Source: a virus
Lineage: Duplodnaviria > Caudoviricetes
Virus record (IMG/VR): IMGVR_UViG_3300026279_000196
Coordinates: 1-26,431 of that record
Direction: 5' to 3' (one strand)
Length of the DNA stretch: 26,431 bases
Shown: in pieces, positions 25,528-26,431 of the stretch
Layout: every line of letters begins with the position of its first letter
How positions within the stretch are numbered: position 1 is the first letter of the stretch
Made by a program: the position numbers and the translations under genes
Notes under the pieces: generated by a model
What the model was told of the DNA's origin: nothing
The model's database searches: none
The model's input: only the letters and a program-made list of their open reading frames with translations

Positions 25528-26203
25528 TCATTGTTCTCCTAGTTTTTGGCATTAACCAATCGTCATCATCCGTCCATCTTGCACTATTAACCAATATAAA
25601 ATCTACATCATTTTCTTTAGCCATCTTCATTGCTTTATCAATACTCTTTTCATTAAAACTGAATATAATAAATTGCCATAATGGTTTTGTGTAAAGATAC
25701 TTTTTACTTTCTAACATAATCTTAAATAGTTTTTTACCATCTTGATTAACTCTATACTTCTTACTTTCTTCAGGCATGCCATCTATACCAAATATCCAGT
25801 TTGCTTTAGGGTTTGCTTTAAAGGCACTGTAATAATGCCTCATAGGTTTTAAAGATGAAGCTAAATGTACTTCAACTTTAGTATTACGTTTATAAGCAAT
25901 CTCTAGTAATTCGTTTATTTTTGGGTGGTGTATAGGGTCTGAATATTGGCCACAAAAAGATATTCTTGGAAACCAATCTAATATTTTATTATATTCTTCT
26001 ATTGTTAAATCTCGGCCTGGTACTTTAAGACCTTTGTTTGTGAAGCTTCTTTGGCGACCACAACGTAAACACTCTAACGGACACCTATGTGATAAATCAA
26101 TATTTAAACGTTTGTGTCTTCTATCAAAAAAAGAGTTTTCTTTTATTTTGATACCGTGTTGTTCCTCGGTTCCTTCAATCTTTTGTCTATTTGTTTCAGC
26201 CAT
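25520..26203 (-). CDS. Radical SAM enzyme (core domain only)
   Basis: CPLECLRC (CxxxCxxC), FCGQYSDP, FGIDG, YRVN, WQFIIFSFNE. Confidence 0.88.
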   Translation of the reverse strand: MAETNRQKIEGTEEQHGIKIKENSFFDRRHKRLNIDLSHRCPLECLRCGRQRSFTNKGLKVPGRDLTIEEYNKILDWFPRISFCGQYSDPIHHPKINELLEIAYKRNTKVEVHLASSLKPMRHYYSAFKANPKANWIFGIDGMPEESKKYRVNQDGKKLFKIMLESKKYLYTKPLWQFIIFSFNEKSIDKAMKMAKENDVDFILVNSARWTDDDDWLMPKTRRTMND

Positions 26204-26213
26204 AATATAAAAC

Positions 26214-26221
26214 TATTTATG
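26214..26221 (-). promoter_or_regulatory. T4-type late promoter variant CATAAATA
   Basis: Directly after the upstream stop codon and 10 nt upstream of the ATG at 26203. Confidence 0.6.
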
Positions 26222-26431
26222 CTAGATACTAAAAGACGTTCCACAACCACATGATGATTTACTATTTGGATTATCAAATACAAACTGACTTCCAAATATT
26301 TCGTCTTTATAATCTAGTGTCATATCTTTAATATATATTTCATATAAATTATCTACTACTAATAACTCATCAACTATTACATCATCTTTTGTTGGTGCCT
26401 TATCAAACTCATTAGGTATAAATGACCAATC
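26222..26431 (-). CDS. A-type Fe-S cluster carrier IscA/SufA/HesB family, C-terminal part (runs off the window; not in ORF track)
   Basis: Hand translation ends ...MTLDYKDEIFGSQFVFDNPNSKSSCGCGTSFSI*, with the diagnostic NPN...CGCGxSF motif. Confidence 0.93.
   Translation of the reverse strand, partial: DWSFIPNEFDKAPTKDDVIVDELLVVDNLYEIYIKDMTLDYKDEIFGSQFVFDNPNSKSSCGCGTSFSI

Noticed and set aside
1-26431. CRISPR array, tRNA/rRNA genes, IS elements, stop-codon recoding
   Set aside because: Coding density is near complete, intergenic gaps are too short, no repeat-spacer pattern was seen, and genes read intact in the standard code.

Overview
AT-rich (roughly 30% GC by eye) segment of a T4-like myovirus genome. 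Gene order and content resemble marine cyanophage/pelagiphage T4-like phages; the host is inferred, not shown. The core is a minus-strand baseplate/fibre block: PAAR, gp25, gp6, gp7-like, a gp9-N-capped fibre, gp8, a 2025-aa VrlC-like protein and a short fibre. Two enzyme islands flank it. The left island has a carbamoyltransferase, a methyltransferase, three GT-A glycosyltransferases, a twitch radical SAM enzyme, a QueC-like ATPase, a cysteine-hydrolase-like protein and an epimerase. The right island has an A-type Fe-S carrier, a split radical SAM + SPASM pair, an SGNH-like hydrolase and a cytidylyltransferase. A three-gene sigma70-driven early cassette sits in the opposite orientation. I found three genes missing from the ORF track: a 46-aa Cys/His-rich peptide, a 40-aa Lys-rich peptide and a partial IscA/SufA. 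The main leads are (1) the modification enzymes carry T4 late-promoter motifs, pointing to a virion or surface decoration pathway rather than DNA modification, and (2) two otherwise unlike fibres end in the same 16-aa tag encoded by divergent codons. All product calls come from motif recognition only; no searches were run.
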